Below are positions 29,511 through 39,047 of a stretch of 64,000 nt of DNA, in pieces (within the stretch, counting starts at the first letter, position 1; the number at the start of each line of letters is the position of its first letter). The position numbers and the translations under genes were made by a program. Origin of the DNA: Gammaproteobacteria bacterium. GTDB taxonomy: Bacteria; Pseudomonadota; Gammaproteobacteria; HK1. The notes under the pieces are model-generated. The model was given only the letters and a program-made list of their open reading frames with translations. It was not told where the DNA came from and made no database searches. Where the stretch lies: assembly GCA_021773635.1 (NCBI GenBank), contig JAJFJV010000005.1, positions 7,645 through 71,644 of the forward strand. Direction: 5' to 3'.

Positions 29511-30494
29511 TTAGTTTTGCGTAGCCTCGTTATCTGTCGCTGCCGGAATCGCGCCGCTTCCGGAGTCCCGGGTGCCTCCCAGTTGAAAGCGGGCAACACC
29601 TTGGTGCACAAAGGGTTTGAAGTTAAAATCCCGACCATTGTACTCGATACTTACCCCCTGGGCGTAACCGAGCAGTACGTCGAGAGGGGCAACTCCCTTT
29701 AGCTTCAGGGTTTCACCCTCACGGGCCAGATCGAGATAAATGCGGTTACCGTCGCCGCCGTAGACTTCGACCCAGGAGTCATGCTTAAAGCTGAGCGACA
29801 GCTGCGCCTGCAGCGGAGCCGGGGGAGGCGTCTCGACCACGGGCTCCACTGGAGCCGGCAATGTCTCAGGTGCCGGTATTGTTGTTGGGGCCGTGATTCC
29901 CGAGTCGCCTGCGTCAGGAGCTTCCTGCTTTTCCATACCCGACGGGGTTGGTAGTGCGGAGATAGTTTCCTCAGCAGGTGCGGCGGGCACGACCGCTTTT
30001 TGGTCTGGAGGTGTAACTTCAGCGGTGGTTGTGCTGGCCGTGAGTGCGGGCGTCTTTGGGCCGGAGCCAAAAAGGTTGATGCCGTATTCACTGTGCCACC
30101 AGAGGGCGAGCAGTAAGAGCAAACCGCCAAATATGCCGTAGGTGGCCATCCGTACCGGCATATCGGTACTTTTTGCCTGGGGTGGTTCGGCTATGTCCGA
30201 AAGGAGCGTGGGGGAGTGCAGGTGATGCTGTTCCAGGGCCTTTAGCAGGGGCTTCTCCGAAAGCCCCAGTAATTTGGCGTAGGCGCGCAAATAACCGCGG
30301 ACGAAGGTGGGGGCTGCAAAATGTTCGAATTGCTCATCCTCCAGCTGGTGGATGATTTGCTCCCCAAACCGTAGCTGGCTGGATACTTCACTAACGCTGA
30401 GCTTGGCCGCAATCCGGGCCTCACGTAGCCTGCCCCCCACACTGCCAATGGAATCGTCTACCTCCCGCGACTCCTGAAGATCCTCCGTACTCAT
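29511..30494 (-). CDS. rodZ: cytoskeleton protein RodZ (HTH, TM, Pro-rich linker, DUF4115)
   Basis: It has an N-terminal HTH (GGRLREARIAAKLSVSEVSSQLRF), FVRGYLRAYAKLLGL, a TM segment, a Pro/Thr/Ala-rich linker and a conserved C-terminal beta domain. Confidence 0.85.
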   Translation of the reverse strand: MSTEDLQESREVDDSIGSVGGRLREARIAAKLSVSEVSSQLRFGEQIIHQLEDEQFEHFAAPTFVRGYLRAYAKLLGLSEKPLLKALEQHHLHSPTLLSDIAEPPQAKSTDMPVRMATYGIFGGLLLLLALWWHSEYGINLFGSGPKTPALTASTTTAEVTPPDQKAVVPAAPAEETISALPTPSGMEKQEAPDAGDSGITAPTTIPAPETLPAPVEPVVETPPPAPLQAQLSLSFKHDSWVEVYGGDGNRIYLDLAREGETLKLKGVAPLDVLLGYAQGVSIEYNGRDFNFKPFVHQGVARFQLGGTRDSGSGAIPAATDNEATQN

Positions 30495-31309
30495 TTTGAT
30501 TCCGAATCGAGTAACAAACGGCTTTCGCGGGAGTCGGAAAAATTTCCCTTCAGCAGCATGCGGTAGCTTGCAAGTGCGTTTTTGTCGCCCAGTTCACGCT
30601 CCACCTGTATGCCGATCCACAGAGAGCGCGGGGTGTGTCTGGCGTTCTCAAGATAGCGTTGCAGGTAGGCGCGTGCCGAGAGATGTCGTCCCTTCTCCAG
30701 GCTGAGCCTGGCCATGGCAATAAGTGCTGTGGGCAGGCGCGGGTTTGTTTTGAGAGCGGTGCGCAAATAAGTCTCTGCCTGGTCCTTCTGGCCAGCCCCA
30801 AGCAGACAGAGGCCGGCATTGGTCTGGGCAAACTCCGGATTTTGGTAGAGCGGGTTGGCGGCTGCGCGCTGGAAGTAGCTCTCGGCCTCGGCCCATTTTT
30901 TTTGCCGGCAAAGAAAGCCGCCATAGTTATTCATTGCCGCGGAGTCGCGAGGATCCGATTCAATGGCACGGCGATAATGTTGTTCGGCCTTTTCCGGAAG
31001 ATTCATGCGTTCAGACAGCAGTGCCAGCGCATTATGGGCCGGGGAATAGTTGGGATCGGCAAGCAGCGCCTGTTGCAGGCGTTTCCAGGCAAGCTCTTTC
31101 TTGCCTTCCTTGAGATACCCAAGCCCTAATTGAGTATGAATCTCCGCCAGGCGATTGACTGGCCGGGCTGTCGCAGGCGGTTCGTTCTGGACACCGGTGG
31201 TCTGACAGGCGCTCATGAGGATCAAGGCCAGACCCGCCAGCAGGCCGGTAGCCCGGCGCAGGGTGCCATAGCCCGTCGGCGGTGGAGAACGATAACGGCT
31301 GGTCAGCAT
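30491..31309 (-). CDS. pilW: type IV pilus biogenesis/stability TPR lipoprotein PilW (PilF of Pseudomonas)
   Basis: It has a lipobox (ILMSACQ) and TPR repeats (YSPAHNALALLSERMNLPEKAEQHYRRAIESDP). It sits between rlmN and rodZ, as in Pseudomonas. Confidence 0.8.
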   Translation of the reverse strand: MLTSRYRSPPPTGYGTLRRATGLLAGLALILMSACQTTGVQNEPPATARPVNRLAEIHTQLGLGYLKEGKKELAWKRLQQALLADPNYSPAHNALALLSERMNLPEKAEQHYRRAIESDPRDSAAMNNYGGFLCRQKKWAEAESYFQRAAANPLYQNPEFAQTNAGLCLLGAGQKDQAETYLRTALKTNPRLPTALIAMARLSLEKGRHLSARAYLQRYLENARHTPRSLWIGIQVERELGDKNALASYRMLLKGNFSDSRESRLLLDSESK

Positions 31310-31341
31310 GATTTCGGAATCCCCTTTATCGAGACCCCCGG

Positions 31342-32514
31342 CTAGGTCATGACTCCGGGAGCCGGTTGATGATTGGTTTCAGTAAGGCGCAAACGGGCAA
31401 TGCGCTGGCTGCGGGGCGCAATATCCCCCTCCAGTCGGCCGCAGGCGGCGGCTATATCTTGGCCACGTGGACGTCGGGTAATGGTGGTCAGGCCGGCTGC
31501 CGACAGTATTTCGCGAAAGCGATCGATTTGTGCTTGCCGCGAGCATTGGAACTCCGCTCCGGGGAAGGGATTGAAAGGGATGAGATTCACCTTCGCCGGA
31601 ATACCTTCCAACAGACGGGCAAGCGCCTTGGCCTGTAACGCCGAATCGTTGACACCGTCCAGCATCACGTATTCGAAGGTAATCCGGGCACGCCGATCAT
31701 CGGCTACATACTCCCGGCAGGCGGCGAGCAGCTCTTTAATCGGATAGCTGCGGTTGACGGGTACCAGTTGATTTCGCAGGGCGTCATCCGGCGCATGGAG
31801 TGAGACCGCGAGGCTAACCGGACAGCGTTCAGCCAGGCGTTTGATACCCGGGACCAAGCCGGCGGTACTTACGGTGACCCGCCGTTTTGCCAGCCCCCAG
31901 GCACAATCATCGATCATGAGTTCCAGGGCGTGAGCGACGGCCTCGAAGTTGAGCAGCGGCTCCCCCATACCCATGAGTACTACATTGGTGATGCTGGGTG
32001 CTTCAGTAGTCTCCGCCAGTAATTGGCGAGCAAGCCACAGTTGGCCAATGACTTCGGCACTGCTGAGATTCCTGCCAAAGCCCTGTCGGGCAGTGGCGCA
32101 GAAGGCACAATTGAGCGCGCATCCGGCCTGCGAAGAAACACACAGAGTGCCCCGGCCGTTCTCCGGAATGAACACCATTTCAATGGAATTCTGCGGATCC
32201 ACTCGCAATAGCCACTTGCGCGTACCGTCGCGGCTCAGTTGCTCGCCAGCCACCTCGGGAAGGGTGATTTCGGCGATCTCTTCCAGTTTGGCGCGCAGTG
32301 CCATGCTCAGATTGGTCATGGCGGCGAAGTCTTTCACGCCCTGCTGATGAATCCATTTGAGAATCTGCTCCGCACGAAAGCGCTGCTCTCCCTGTTCGAG
32401 AAAGAAACGCTCCAGCCCGGCGCGGGACAGACCAAGAAGATTTTGTTTGGGCTTGGACAAGACGGGTTTAGCGGGTGCGCGGGCAGATCTGATCTTCACC
32501 AAAGAAGAAGGCAA
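31342..32514 (-). CDS. rlmN: 23S rRNA/tRNA m2A methyltransferase RlmN (radical SAM)
   Basis: [14 protein letters not shown], the radical-SAM cluster motif [11 protein letters not shown], and GMGEPLLN are present. The start is uncertain. The TTG at 32514 overlaps ndk by 47 nt; alternatives are GTG at 32499 or TTG at 32460. Confidence 0.9.
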   Translation of the reverse strand: MPSSLVKIRSARAPAKPVLSKPKQNLLGLSRAGLERFFLEQGEQRFRAEQILKWIHQQGVKDFAAMTNLSMALRAKLEEIAEITLPEVAGEQLSRDGTRKWLLRVDPQNSIEMVFIPENGRGTLCVSSQAGCALNCAFCATARQGFGRNLSSAEVIGQLWLARQLLAETTEAPSITNVVLMGMGEPLLNFEAVAHALELMIDDCAWGLAKRRVTVSTAGLVPGIKRLAERCPVSLAVSLHAPDDALRNQLVPVNRSYPIKELLAACREYVADDRRARITFEYVMLDGVNDSALQAKALARLLEGIPAKVNLIPFNPFPGAEFQCSRQAQIDRFREILSAAGLTTITRRPRGQDIAAACGRLEGDIAPRSQRIARLRLTETNHQPAPGVMT

Positions 32515-32899
32515 TTTCTACCTTTGCCGTCTCTGGCGCATCGGAGCCATGAGCCGCATTTTCTTCCACGCTGTTGGCAAAATCTTTGCGAATGGTTCCC
32601 GCATCGGCATCGGCAGGATTGGTGGCACCCATGATCTCCCGGTTACGGGCAATGGCATTTTCGCCTTCCAGCACCTGCACCATGACCGGCCCGGAGGTCA
32701 TAAAGGCGACCAGATCCTGGTAGAAAGGACGTTCTTTATGTACTTCGTAGAATCCCTCTGCCTGCTCACGGGTCATGTGCAGCATTTTGGATGCGACTAT
32801 CCGCAGTCCGCCTTTCTCAAAACGGGAGTAGATTTCACCGATAACATTTTTTGCAACTGCGTCAGGCTTGACGATGGAAAAGGTGCGTTCGAGCGCCAT
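32468..32899 (-). CDS. ndk: nucleoside-diphosphate kinase
   Basis: The ATG at 32899 has AGGAGA upstream. The sequence reads [15 protein letters not shown]...[12 protein letters not shown]. Confidence 0.95.
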   Translation of the reverse strand: MALERTFSIVKPDAVAKNVIGEIYSRFEKGGLRIVASKMLHMTREQAEGFYEVHKERPFYQDLVAFMTSGPVMVQVLEGENAIARNREIMGATNPADADAGTIRKDFANSVEENAAHGSDAPETAKVEIAFFFGEDQICPRTR

Positions 32900-33027
32900 T
32901 CGTATTTCTCCTAAGGGTATAGCTTGATTTCCGGGGACGAGTACCAGTTGTTTGCCGCCTCCCTCGGAGATGAGCGGCAAACGGATCCGGTAATTATACG
33001 TGTGCTGGCCCGGCTAAGAAAATTTGG

Positions 33028-33074
33028 CCATGGATGGCATTATGTCGCGAAGCACAAGGATGTGCGAGAGCGAC
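33028..33074 (-). repeat. 47-nt structured intergenic repeat, copy 1 (two-tier hairpin)
   Basis: The minus-strand reading CGTCGCTCTCGCACATCCTTGTGCTTCGCGACATAATGCCATCCATG is 39/47 identical to 40879-40925 on the plus strand. It folds as GTCGC/GCGAC (outer stem) and GCACA/TGTGC (inner stem) around a 4-nt loop. Confidence 0.6.
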
Positions 33075-33134
33075 GCTTGGCCAAGGATGCCTAAAGAGCG
33101 GAATGGTGCTATGTGAGGGTTTTTAACAGCTTTT

Positions 33135-33458
33135 TTAAACGGTGAAGCTTTCACCACAGCCACACTCGGCCGCGGCTTTCGGGTTTGCAAAACTAAAGCG
33201 CTCGCTTAAACCCTGGCGTATGTAGTCCATACGGGTACCGTCCAGATAGGGCAGGCTATCGGCATCAATGACGATCTTTACGCCCTCGGTTTCACAGACA
33301 TGGTCGGTTTTTTCAATGGCGTCTGTGAGCTGCACGACATAGGCCCAACCGGAGCAGCCCGTGGTCTTGACCGCCAATCGCAGTCCGACTGCGCGACCAC
33401 TTTCGGACAGGTATTTCTTTACGCGCTCGGCGGCGCTTTGGCTGAGTTGAATAGTCAT
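33135..33458 (-). CDS. iscA: iron-sulfur cluster assembly/carrier protein IscA (HesB family)
   Basis: The 107-aa ORF has LRLAVKTTGCSGWAY and C-terminal ECGCGESFTV. It is close in sequence and length to E. coli IscA. Confidence 0.85.
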   Translation of the reverse strand: MTIQLSQSAAERVKKYLSESGRAVGLRLAVKTTGCSGWAYVVQLTDAIEKTDHVCETEGVKIVIDADSLPYLDGTRMDYIRQGLSERFSFANPKAAAECGCGESFTV

Positions 33459-33466
33459 GGGTCGTT

Positions 33467-33940
33467 TCAGGCCGCGGAGATGGCCTGACCAGAAATACTT
33501 TGAATTACCTTGTCCTGACGTGCTGCCACCTCTTTGACCCGGGCAGTTGCTACCAGTTGTGCCAGATCGATGCCGCCCAGAAAATCGTAAATACGCTTGC
33601 TGAGATCATCCCAGAGGTCGTGGGTAAGGCACCTTTCCTTGCCCTGGCAGTTCTCCTTGCCACGACAACGCGTGGCATCCACTGATTCATCCACCGCACA
33701 AATCACGTCGGCTACGGCAATTTCCTGTGCCTCCCGAGCCAATAGATAACCCCCGCCCGGGCCGCGGACGCTTTGTACCAGCGTATGTTTGCGTAGCTGG
33801 GAAAACAGCTGTTCCAGATAGGACAGGGAGATGCATTGCCGATTGGCAATATCCGACAGGGTTACGGGGCCATCCGTCTGGTGCAGGGTAAGATCCAGCA
33901 TGGCGGTGACCGCATAGCGGCCTTTGGTAGTTAAGCGCAT
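33467..33940 (-). CDS. iscR: Rrf2-family Fe-S cluster regulator IscR
   Basis: The ATG at 33940 gives [21 protein letters not shown]...[28 protein letters not shown]. The cluster-ligand region is [19 protein letters not shown]. Confidence 0.88.
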   Translation of the reverse strand: MRLTTKGRYAVTAMLDLTLHQTDGPVTLSDIANRQCISLSYLEQLFSQLRKHTLVQSVRGPGGGYLLAREAQEIAVADVICAVDESVDATRCRGKENCQGKERCLTHDLWDDLSKRIYDFLGGIDLAQLVATARVKEVAARQDKVIQSISGQAISAA

Positions 33941-34012
33941 GACTATATCCAGAACTATTCGAGCCTGTAGGCTCTCAAATCCCAGTGATTTAGTCAAGTA
34001 TTTGGCAGGGCT

Positions 34013-34771
34013 TTACTTCGGCTCGTCTCCGGCCTCGATATCACAGCCCTCCAGATCCGGGAGCTCTACCATTTCCACATCACCCCCCAGGCGTTCCAGA
34101 GTCTTGCACATGAGTTCCATGCGCGTGTCCATGGCATGAATATGATCGAGCATGCGATGAATGGCACCGGCTACCGGGTCCGGCAATTCCCGGGATAGCC
34201 CATAGGCATCGAAGCCCATTTTGCTGGCGATGGCCTGGCGTTTCTGATCGGCCTCACTGCGTTTTTCTACTACCCGTCCCGGTATGCCAACCACTGTGGC
34301 GTTGGCGGGAACCTCTTTGACCACCACGGCATTGGAGCCGACACGCCCGCCCTCACCGATCAGGATCGGTCCCAGAATCTTGGCGCCTGCTCCCACCACG
34401 ACATTGTTACCGAGAGTGGGATGACGTTTGCCTTTGTCCCAGGAGGTCCCTCCCAGGGTGACGCCCTGGTAGAGAGTGCAGTCATCACCCACCTCTGCCG
34501 TCTCACCGATGACCACCCCCAGCCCATGATCGATGAAAAAACGTCGTCCGATCCGCGCGCCTGGATGTATCTCGATGCCGGTGATCCAGCGGGCAAAGAG
34601 GGAGAGTACGCGTGCCAGCCATTTCAGTCCCCAGGTCCAGAGCCGGTGACTGACACGATGCATGGCAATGGCGTGCAGGCCCGGATAGGTGGTGACAACC
34701 TCGAGCAGGTTGCGGGCCGCCGGGTCACGCTCGAAAACACAGGCCAGGTCTTCTCGCAGATGTTTGAACAT
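34013..34771 (-). CDS. cysE: serine O-acetyltransferase
   Basis: [20 protein letters not shown]...[17 protein letters not shown] is followed by hexapeptide repeats ([21 protein letters not shown]). Confidence 0.92.
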   Translation of the reverse strand: MFKHLREDLACVFERDPAARNLLEVVTTYPGLHAIAMHRVSHRLWTWGLKWLARVLSLFARWITGIEIHPGARIGRRFFIDHGLGVVIGETAEVGDDCTLYQGVTLGGTSWDKGKRHPTLGNNVVVGAGAKILGPILIGEGGRVGSNAVVVKEVPANATVVGIPGRVVEKRSEADQKRQAIASKMGFDAYGLSRELPDPVAGAIHRMLDHIHAMDTRMELMCKTLERLGGDVEMVELPDLEGCDIEAGDEPK

Positions 34772-34793
34772 TCAAATATTCCGTGCCAGATGA

Positions 34794-35241
34794 TTAGCTG
34801 CTTGGTTGCAGGGTTTTGTCCGCTGTTTTCCCAAAACGTAGCCGGGCGAGCAGCGCGTGCGTTTGCGGGCATAGCCCACGGTTCTCCAAAGTCTTCGGGC
34901 TTACCCATGCTGCTTCACTAGCGTCGTCGCCAGCAACGGGCTCGCCCGCCACATGGGCTGCCAGCAGATCGATGATAACGTAGTGGAAACGCAGGCGGCC
35001 TCGCTCATCGTATTCGATCAGGTCGAAGCTGTGCACCGGTTCACCCGCCCGGATATGCACTCCGGTTTCTTCCAGAACCTCGCGCTCGGCGCTCTGCTGC
35101 AGGCTTTCCCCCGGGAATTGCCCATAAACCCTGATTCGGGGGCTGTGCGCGGCGAACCAGCAGCACGCGCGAATCCCGGAAGACCACCGCGCCGACCGCG
35201 GCGATCGGTTGGCCATGCTGGCGTTTTACCCGGTCCTGCAT
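34794..35241 (-). pseudogene. NUDIX hydrolase gene split across two reading frames
   Basis: ORF 35041-35241 encodes ...AAVGAVVFRDSRVLLVRRAQPPNQGLWAIPGG. The rest of the Nudix box (ESLQQSAEREVLEETGV) and the C-terminal domain are in the +1 frame (ORF 34794-35216). The junction is at the C5G3 run, 35108-35115. Confidence 0.65.
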
Positions 35242-35248
35242 AGCTCCG

Positions 35249-38116
35249 CTAAAGTCGTGCCAGCCGTGCCGACTGTTCCTGCAGTTGTGTGATGGTCGCC
35301 GTGAGCTTTTCCATCCGACCCCGTTCCTGTTCCACTACCGCGGCGGGTGCGCGCTCAACGAAGTTGGGGTTAGCCAGTTTGCCCTCACTGCGCCGTAGCT
35401 CTACGGTCTGCTTCTCAATATCCCGTGCCAGGCGCTGGCTCTCGGCCTCCTTGTCAATGAGACCTGCCAGCGGGATGAGAATTTTCAATTCCCCCAGTAA
35501 CACGGTGGCAGACTCAGGGGCTTCATCGTCCTCTGCGAGCCAATCGATACGCTCGATACGGGCCAGGCTGAGAAGACTTTCTCCGTGCGCCTCAGCCCGT
35601 TCCCGATCGAGGGCGGTTCCCTGACTCAGTAATACGGGCATCTGGCGGGCCGGGGAAATATCCATTTCGCCGCGCACTTGACGGATACCGAGTATGAAGC
35701 CCTTGAGCCACTCGGTTTCCGCCTCGGCATGGGTGTCGAGCAGCTGCTGATCGGCCTGGGGATAAGGCTGGTACATGATGGTAGGCGCCCCCCGATTCGC
35801 CAGTGGGGCTACGCGCTGCCAGATCTCCTCGGTGATGAAGGGGATGAGCGGATGGGCCAGACGCAGCAGGGACTCCAGCACCTGGATCAGGGTGTGGCGC
35901 ACGACGCGCGCATTTTTCTCGTCCCCGGATAACAGTCGAGGCTTGCATAGCTCCAGATACCAGTCGCAGTACTCGTTCCAAGTAAATTCGTAGATGGCTT
36001 GAGCGGCTTGGTCGAAGCGGTAGCTGTCAATGGCTTCGCGCACTTGGATGATGAGGTGCTGCTGAATGGAGAGGATCCAGCGATCGGCAACTCCAAGTTC
36101 AAGTGGCTCTCCCTGCATCCCGCAGTTTTGTGCAGGGATGCACTTATATTGCGATGGCATGGATGCCAAGGAGCAATCTTTGTCCTCGGTGTTCATAAGC
36201 ACGAAGCGTGCGGCATTCCAGAGCTTGTTGCAGAAGTTCCGGTAGCCTTCGATGCGGCCCAGATCAAAGCGAATATCACGGCCGGTGGTGGCCAGCGAGC
36301 AGAAGGTAAAGCGCAGGGCATCGGTGCCGAAGGCGGAGATGCCATCGGGGAAGTGCTGGCGGGTAGACTTCTCAATGGCTGGCGCCAGTTCCGGTTGCAT
36401 CAGCCCGGTGGTGCGTTTTTGCACCAGGCTTTCGAGATCGATGCCGTCGATGAGGTCCAGGGGGTCGAGCACGTTGCCCTTGGACTTGGACATCTTGTTG
36501 CCATCGGCATCGCGTACCAGGCCGTGGATATAGATCTCGTGGAAGGGCACCTGACCGTCCATGAATTTCATGCCCATCATGATCATGCGGGCCACCCAGA
36601 AAAAGATAATGTCGAAACCGGTGACCAGCACATTGCCTGGATAGAATTGCTTGAGCCGATCGGTTTCCTCGGGCCAGCCGAGGGTGGAGAAGGGCCACAG
36701 CGCGGAGGAAAACCAGGTGTCCAGTACATCCTCGTCCTGTTGCAGTGGATAGTCGGCAGGCAGTTCATGCTGATCGCGGACTTCCTGCTCGTCGCGGCCC
36801 ACGTAGACATTGCCTTCGGCGTCATACCAGGCAGGGATACGGTGTCCCCACCAGATCTGGCGGCTGATGCACCAGTCCTGGATGTTGTGCATCCAGTCAA
36901 AATAGGTGTTTTTCCAATTGTCGGGTACGAAGCGAATACGCCCGTCTTCCACCGCCTTGATGGCGGGCTTTGCCAGGGGGCCGACCTTCACGTACCACTG
37001 GTCGGTGAGGAAGGGCTCGATGACCACGCCGGAGCGGTCGCCCCGGGGCACTGGCAAGCGATGGTCTACGACTTTTTCCAGCAGCCCCTGGGCCTCCAGG
37101 TCGGCGACGATTTGCTTGCGGGCGGCAAAGCGGTCCATGCCGATATAGGCGACGGGGATGAGCTGGTCTTCGTCGGCTTCATTGTCGCGGATGGCCGCAT
37201 CCACGGAGAGAATGTTGATCAGGCCGCCGTGGGGCTGGGAGGCGATAGGTGTCTCATCCCGGTGGCGCTGCCACACAGCATAATCGTTGAAGTCGTGGGC
37301 CGGAGTAATCTTGACGCAGCCGGTGCCGAATTCCGGATCCGCGTGCTCATCGGCGATGATGGGGATGCGCCGGCCAGTGAGCGGCAGTTCTACCAGTTCC
37401 CCGATCAGGTGCCGGTAGCGTTCATCTTCCGGGTTCACCGCCACCGCACAGTCACCGAGCATGGTCTCTGGGCGGGTGGTGGACACCGTGAGCCGGCCCT
37501 TGCCGTTGCTCAGCGGGTAGTGGATGTGCCACATGTGACCGCTTTCTTCTTCGGAGATTACCTCCAGGTCCGAGACCGCGGTGTGTAGTTTGGGGTCCCA
37601 GTTGACCAGCCGCTTGCCGCGGTAAATGAGGCCCTCTTCGTACAGACGCACGAAGATTTCCCTGACCGCATCGGACAGGCCTTCGTCCATGGTGAAGCGC
37701 TCGTGGGCCCAGTCCAGGGACGAGCCCAGGCGGCGCAACTGGCGGGTGATATTGCCGCCGGACTCCTCGCGCCACGCCCAGATACGGTCGATAAAGGCAT
37801 CCCGGCCCAAGTCGTGCCGGGTTTTGCCTTCGGCATTGAGTTGCCGCTCCACGACCATCTGGGTAGCGATGCCGGCGTGGTCGGCACCCGGCTGCCACAG
37901 GGTCGGCCGGCCGTTCATGCGCTGGTAGCGGATCAGGGTGTCCATGATCGTGTTGTTAAAGCCATGCCCCATGTGCAGGCTGCCCGTGACGTTGGGGGGC
38001 GGGATCATGATGCAATAAGGCGTACCTTCGCCCTTGGGTTCAAACCAGCCCTGCTGCTCCCAGTTCTGGTACCATTTGCCTTCGATTTTTTCGGGGGTGT
38101 ATGTCTTATCCATCAT
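35249..38116 (-). CDS. valS: valine--tRNA ligase
   Basis: The 955-aa ORF has [14 protein letters not shown] (HIGH) and KMSKSKGN (KMSKS), plus a C-terminal coiled coil. Confidence 0.97.
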   Translation of the reverse strand: MMDKTYTPEKIEGKWYQNWEQQGWFEPKGEGTPYCIMIPPPNVTGSLHMGHGFNNTIMDTLIRYQRMNGRPTLWQPGADHAGIATQMVVERQLNAEGKTRHDLGRDAFIDRIWAWREESGGNITRQLRRLGSSLDWAHERFTMDEGLSDAVREIFVRLYEEGLIYRGKRLVNWDPKLHTAVSDLEVISEEESGHMWHIHYPLSNGKGRLTVSTTRPETMLGDCAVAVNPEDERYRHLIGELVELPLTGRRIPIIADEHADPEFGTGCVKITPAHDFNDYAVWQRHRDETPIASQPHGGLINILSVDAAIRDNEADEDQLIPVAYIGMDRFAARKQIVADLEAQGLLEKVVDHRLPVPRGDRSGVVIEPFLTDQWYVKVGPLAKPAIKAVEDGRIRFVPDNWKNTYFDWMHNIQDWCISRQIWWGHRIPAWYDAEGNVYVGRDEQEVRDQHELPADYPLQQDEDVLDTWFSSALWPFSTLGWPEETDRLKQFYPGNVLVTGFDIIFFWVARMIMMGMKFMDGQVPFHEIYIHGLVRDADGNKMSKSKGNVLDPLDLIDGIDLESLVQKRTTGLMQPELAPAIEKSTRQHFPDGISAFGTDALRFTFCSLATTGRDIRFDLGRIEGYRNFCNKLWNAARFVLMNTEDKDCSLASMPSQYKCIPAQNCGMQGEPLELGVADRWILSIQQHLIIQVREAIDSYRFDQAAQAIYEFTWNEYCDWYLELCKPRLLSGDEKNARVVRHTLIQVLESLLRLAHPLIPFITEEIWQRVAPLANRGAPTIMYQPYPQADQQLLDTHAEAETEWLKGFILGIRQVRGEMDISPARQMPVLLSQGTALDRERAEAHGESLLSLARIERIDWLAEDDEAPESATVLLGELKILIPLAGLIDKEAESQRLARDIEKQTVELRRSEGKLANPNFVERAPAAVVEQERGRMEKLTATITQLQEQSARLARL

Positions 38117-38585
38117 GCGGGGTCTTTGGTTTCAGGGCGTCGGGGGGCAGAATCTCATCAAGTATCTCTGGCAGCACGATATCGAGATGCTGTTCCAGCC
38201 GGGCCAGAATTTCCTTGCTGATGTCCTGCAGGGCCGATTCGAAGCCACACTGGACGATGACCTCGATCTCGCTGGCCAGTCGCTCACGCACTTGTTTACG
38301 GATTTCTGCAACCTCGGGGCTGGCGCGGTATTCATTCCATGATCCTTCGGCAGCCCCCGTCTCCGGATTGCCGGGCATGACGATATCCTGCAGCAAGGGC
38401 AGCTCGCGCTCATCTTCCGCGCTGGCAGCTTCTTCCGGTTCCAGGGCAAAGCCTTCTGCTTCGTGCTGCGAGGAAACAGATGTTCCGTCCAGCATGCCTT
38501 CCAGCGCATCAATTGCTTCATGCAGCGATTCCTCGCCCGTCTCGGTGGCACCGTTATTGGCGGGTGGTATGGGTTCTTTGCACAT
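38106..38585 (-). CDS. small acidic hypothetical protein between holC and valS
   Basis: The ATG at 38585 lies 8 nt after the holC stop. The 159-aa protein is Glu/Asp-rich ([26 protein letters not shown]) with a helical C-terminus. It overlaps the valS start by 11 nt. The upstream part of the track ORF (to 38987) is the holC antisense-frame artefact. Confidence 0.55.
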   Translation of the reverse strand: MCKEPIPPANNGATETGEESLHEAIDALEGMLDGTSVSSQHEAEGFALEPEEAASAEDERELPLLQDIVMPGNPETGAAEGSWNEYRASPEVAEIRKQVRERLASEIEVIVQCGFESALQDISKEILARLEQHLDIVLPEILDEILPPDALKPKTPHDG

Positions 38586-38592
38586 AGTCGTC

Positions 38593-39012
38593 TTAGAGTT
38601 TGTGAATAATCGGGCTGATTTCGCGGGCTTGATAGTCGCGGTAACGTGCGCGGCCCGCACGCAGGCTGTCGTCATCTCCGGCCACTGGTTCCAGGACCCG
38701 CTCGAAGTGGGCGAAAAAGTCGGGAATACCATCGCCACAGTTGACCAGCACCTCGGTTGCTCGCGTTGGCTTCTCGCCCTGTCCGATAAATACGGAAACT
38801 GCCTCGTCCTGCTCCGTGGCCAGGGCGTGTGGAACAAAGCTGCCCTGACTAAAGGTCCAGAGCAGTTTATCAAGCTGGGCCGCCGCTGCCTCTGAAGGGG
38901 TGTGGATAAAGACCGTATTACCTTCTTTCCAGGCCTTCTCCGCCAGGCGGCAGGCCAAGCGCGCGCCATCTTCCCGGCTTTTTTCAAGAATGTAGAAATC
39001 GACTTGGGTCAT
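38593..39012 (-). CDS. holC: DNA polymerase III subunit chi
   Basis: The ATG at 39012 gives MTQVDFYILEKSREDGARLACRLAEKAWKEGNTVFIHT...LDKLLWTF. The pepA-holC-valS synteny fits. Confidence 0.85.
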   Translation of the reverse strand: MTQVDFYILEKSREDGARLACRLAEKAWKEGNTVFIHTPSEAAAAQLDKLLWTFSQGSFVPHALATEQDEAVSVFIGQGEKPTRATEVLVNCGDGIPDFFAHFERVLEPVAGDDDSLRAGRARYRDYQAREISPIIHKL

Positions 39013-39047
39013 GGTGAATGCGTGTGCGCCCCACGAAGGGCTTTGGA

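Noticed and set aside
33029-33115. Small ORFs read through the repeat on the opposite strand. These are MDGIMSRSTRMCESDAWPRMPKERNGAM here and MDVLMSWSARMRGSDECYTPPGQ... at the 40.9-kb copy, which would suggest a small-protein family.
   Set aside because: Differences between the copies fall mainly in first and second codon positions and include paired compensatory changes. Lengths and C-termini are unrelated, and there is no Shine-Dalgarno sequence. The pattern fits nucleic-acid structure, not protein selection.
38593-38987. This is the upstream portion of the 293-aa track ORF (38106-38987). A 139-aa ORF (38132-38551) was considered alongside it.
   Set aside because: The first overlaps holC in another frame and is Arg/Pro/Ser/Trp-rich junk. 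Only the part from the ATG at 38585 looks like a protein. The second is an alternative frame of that same acidic protein gene with a basic, low-complexity translation.
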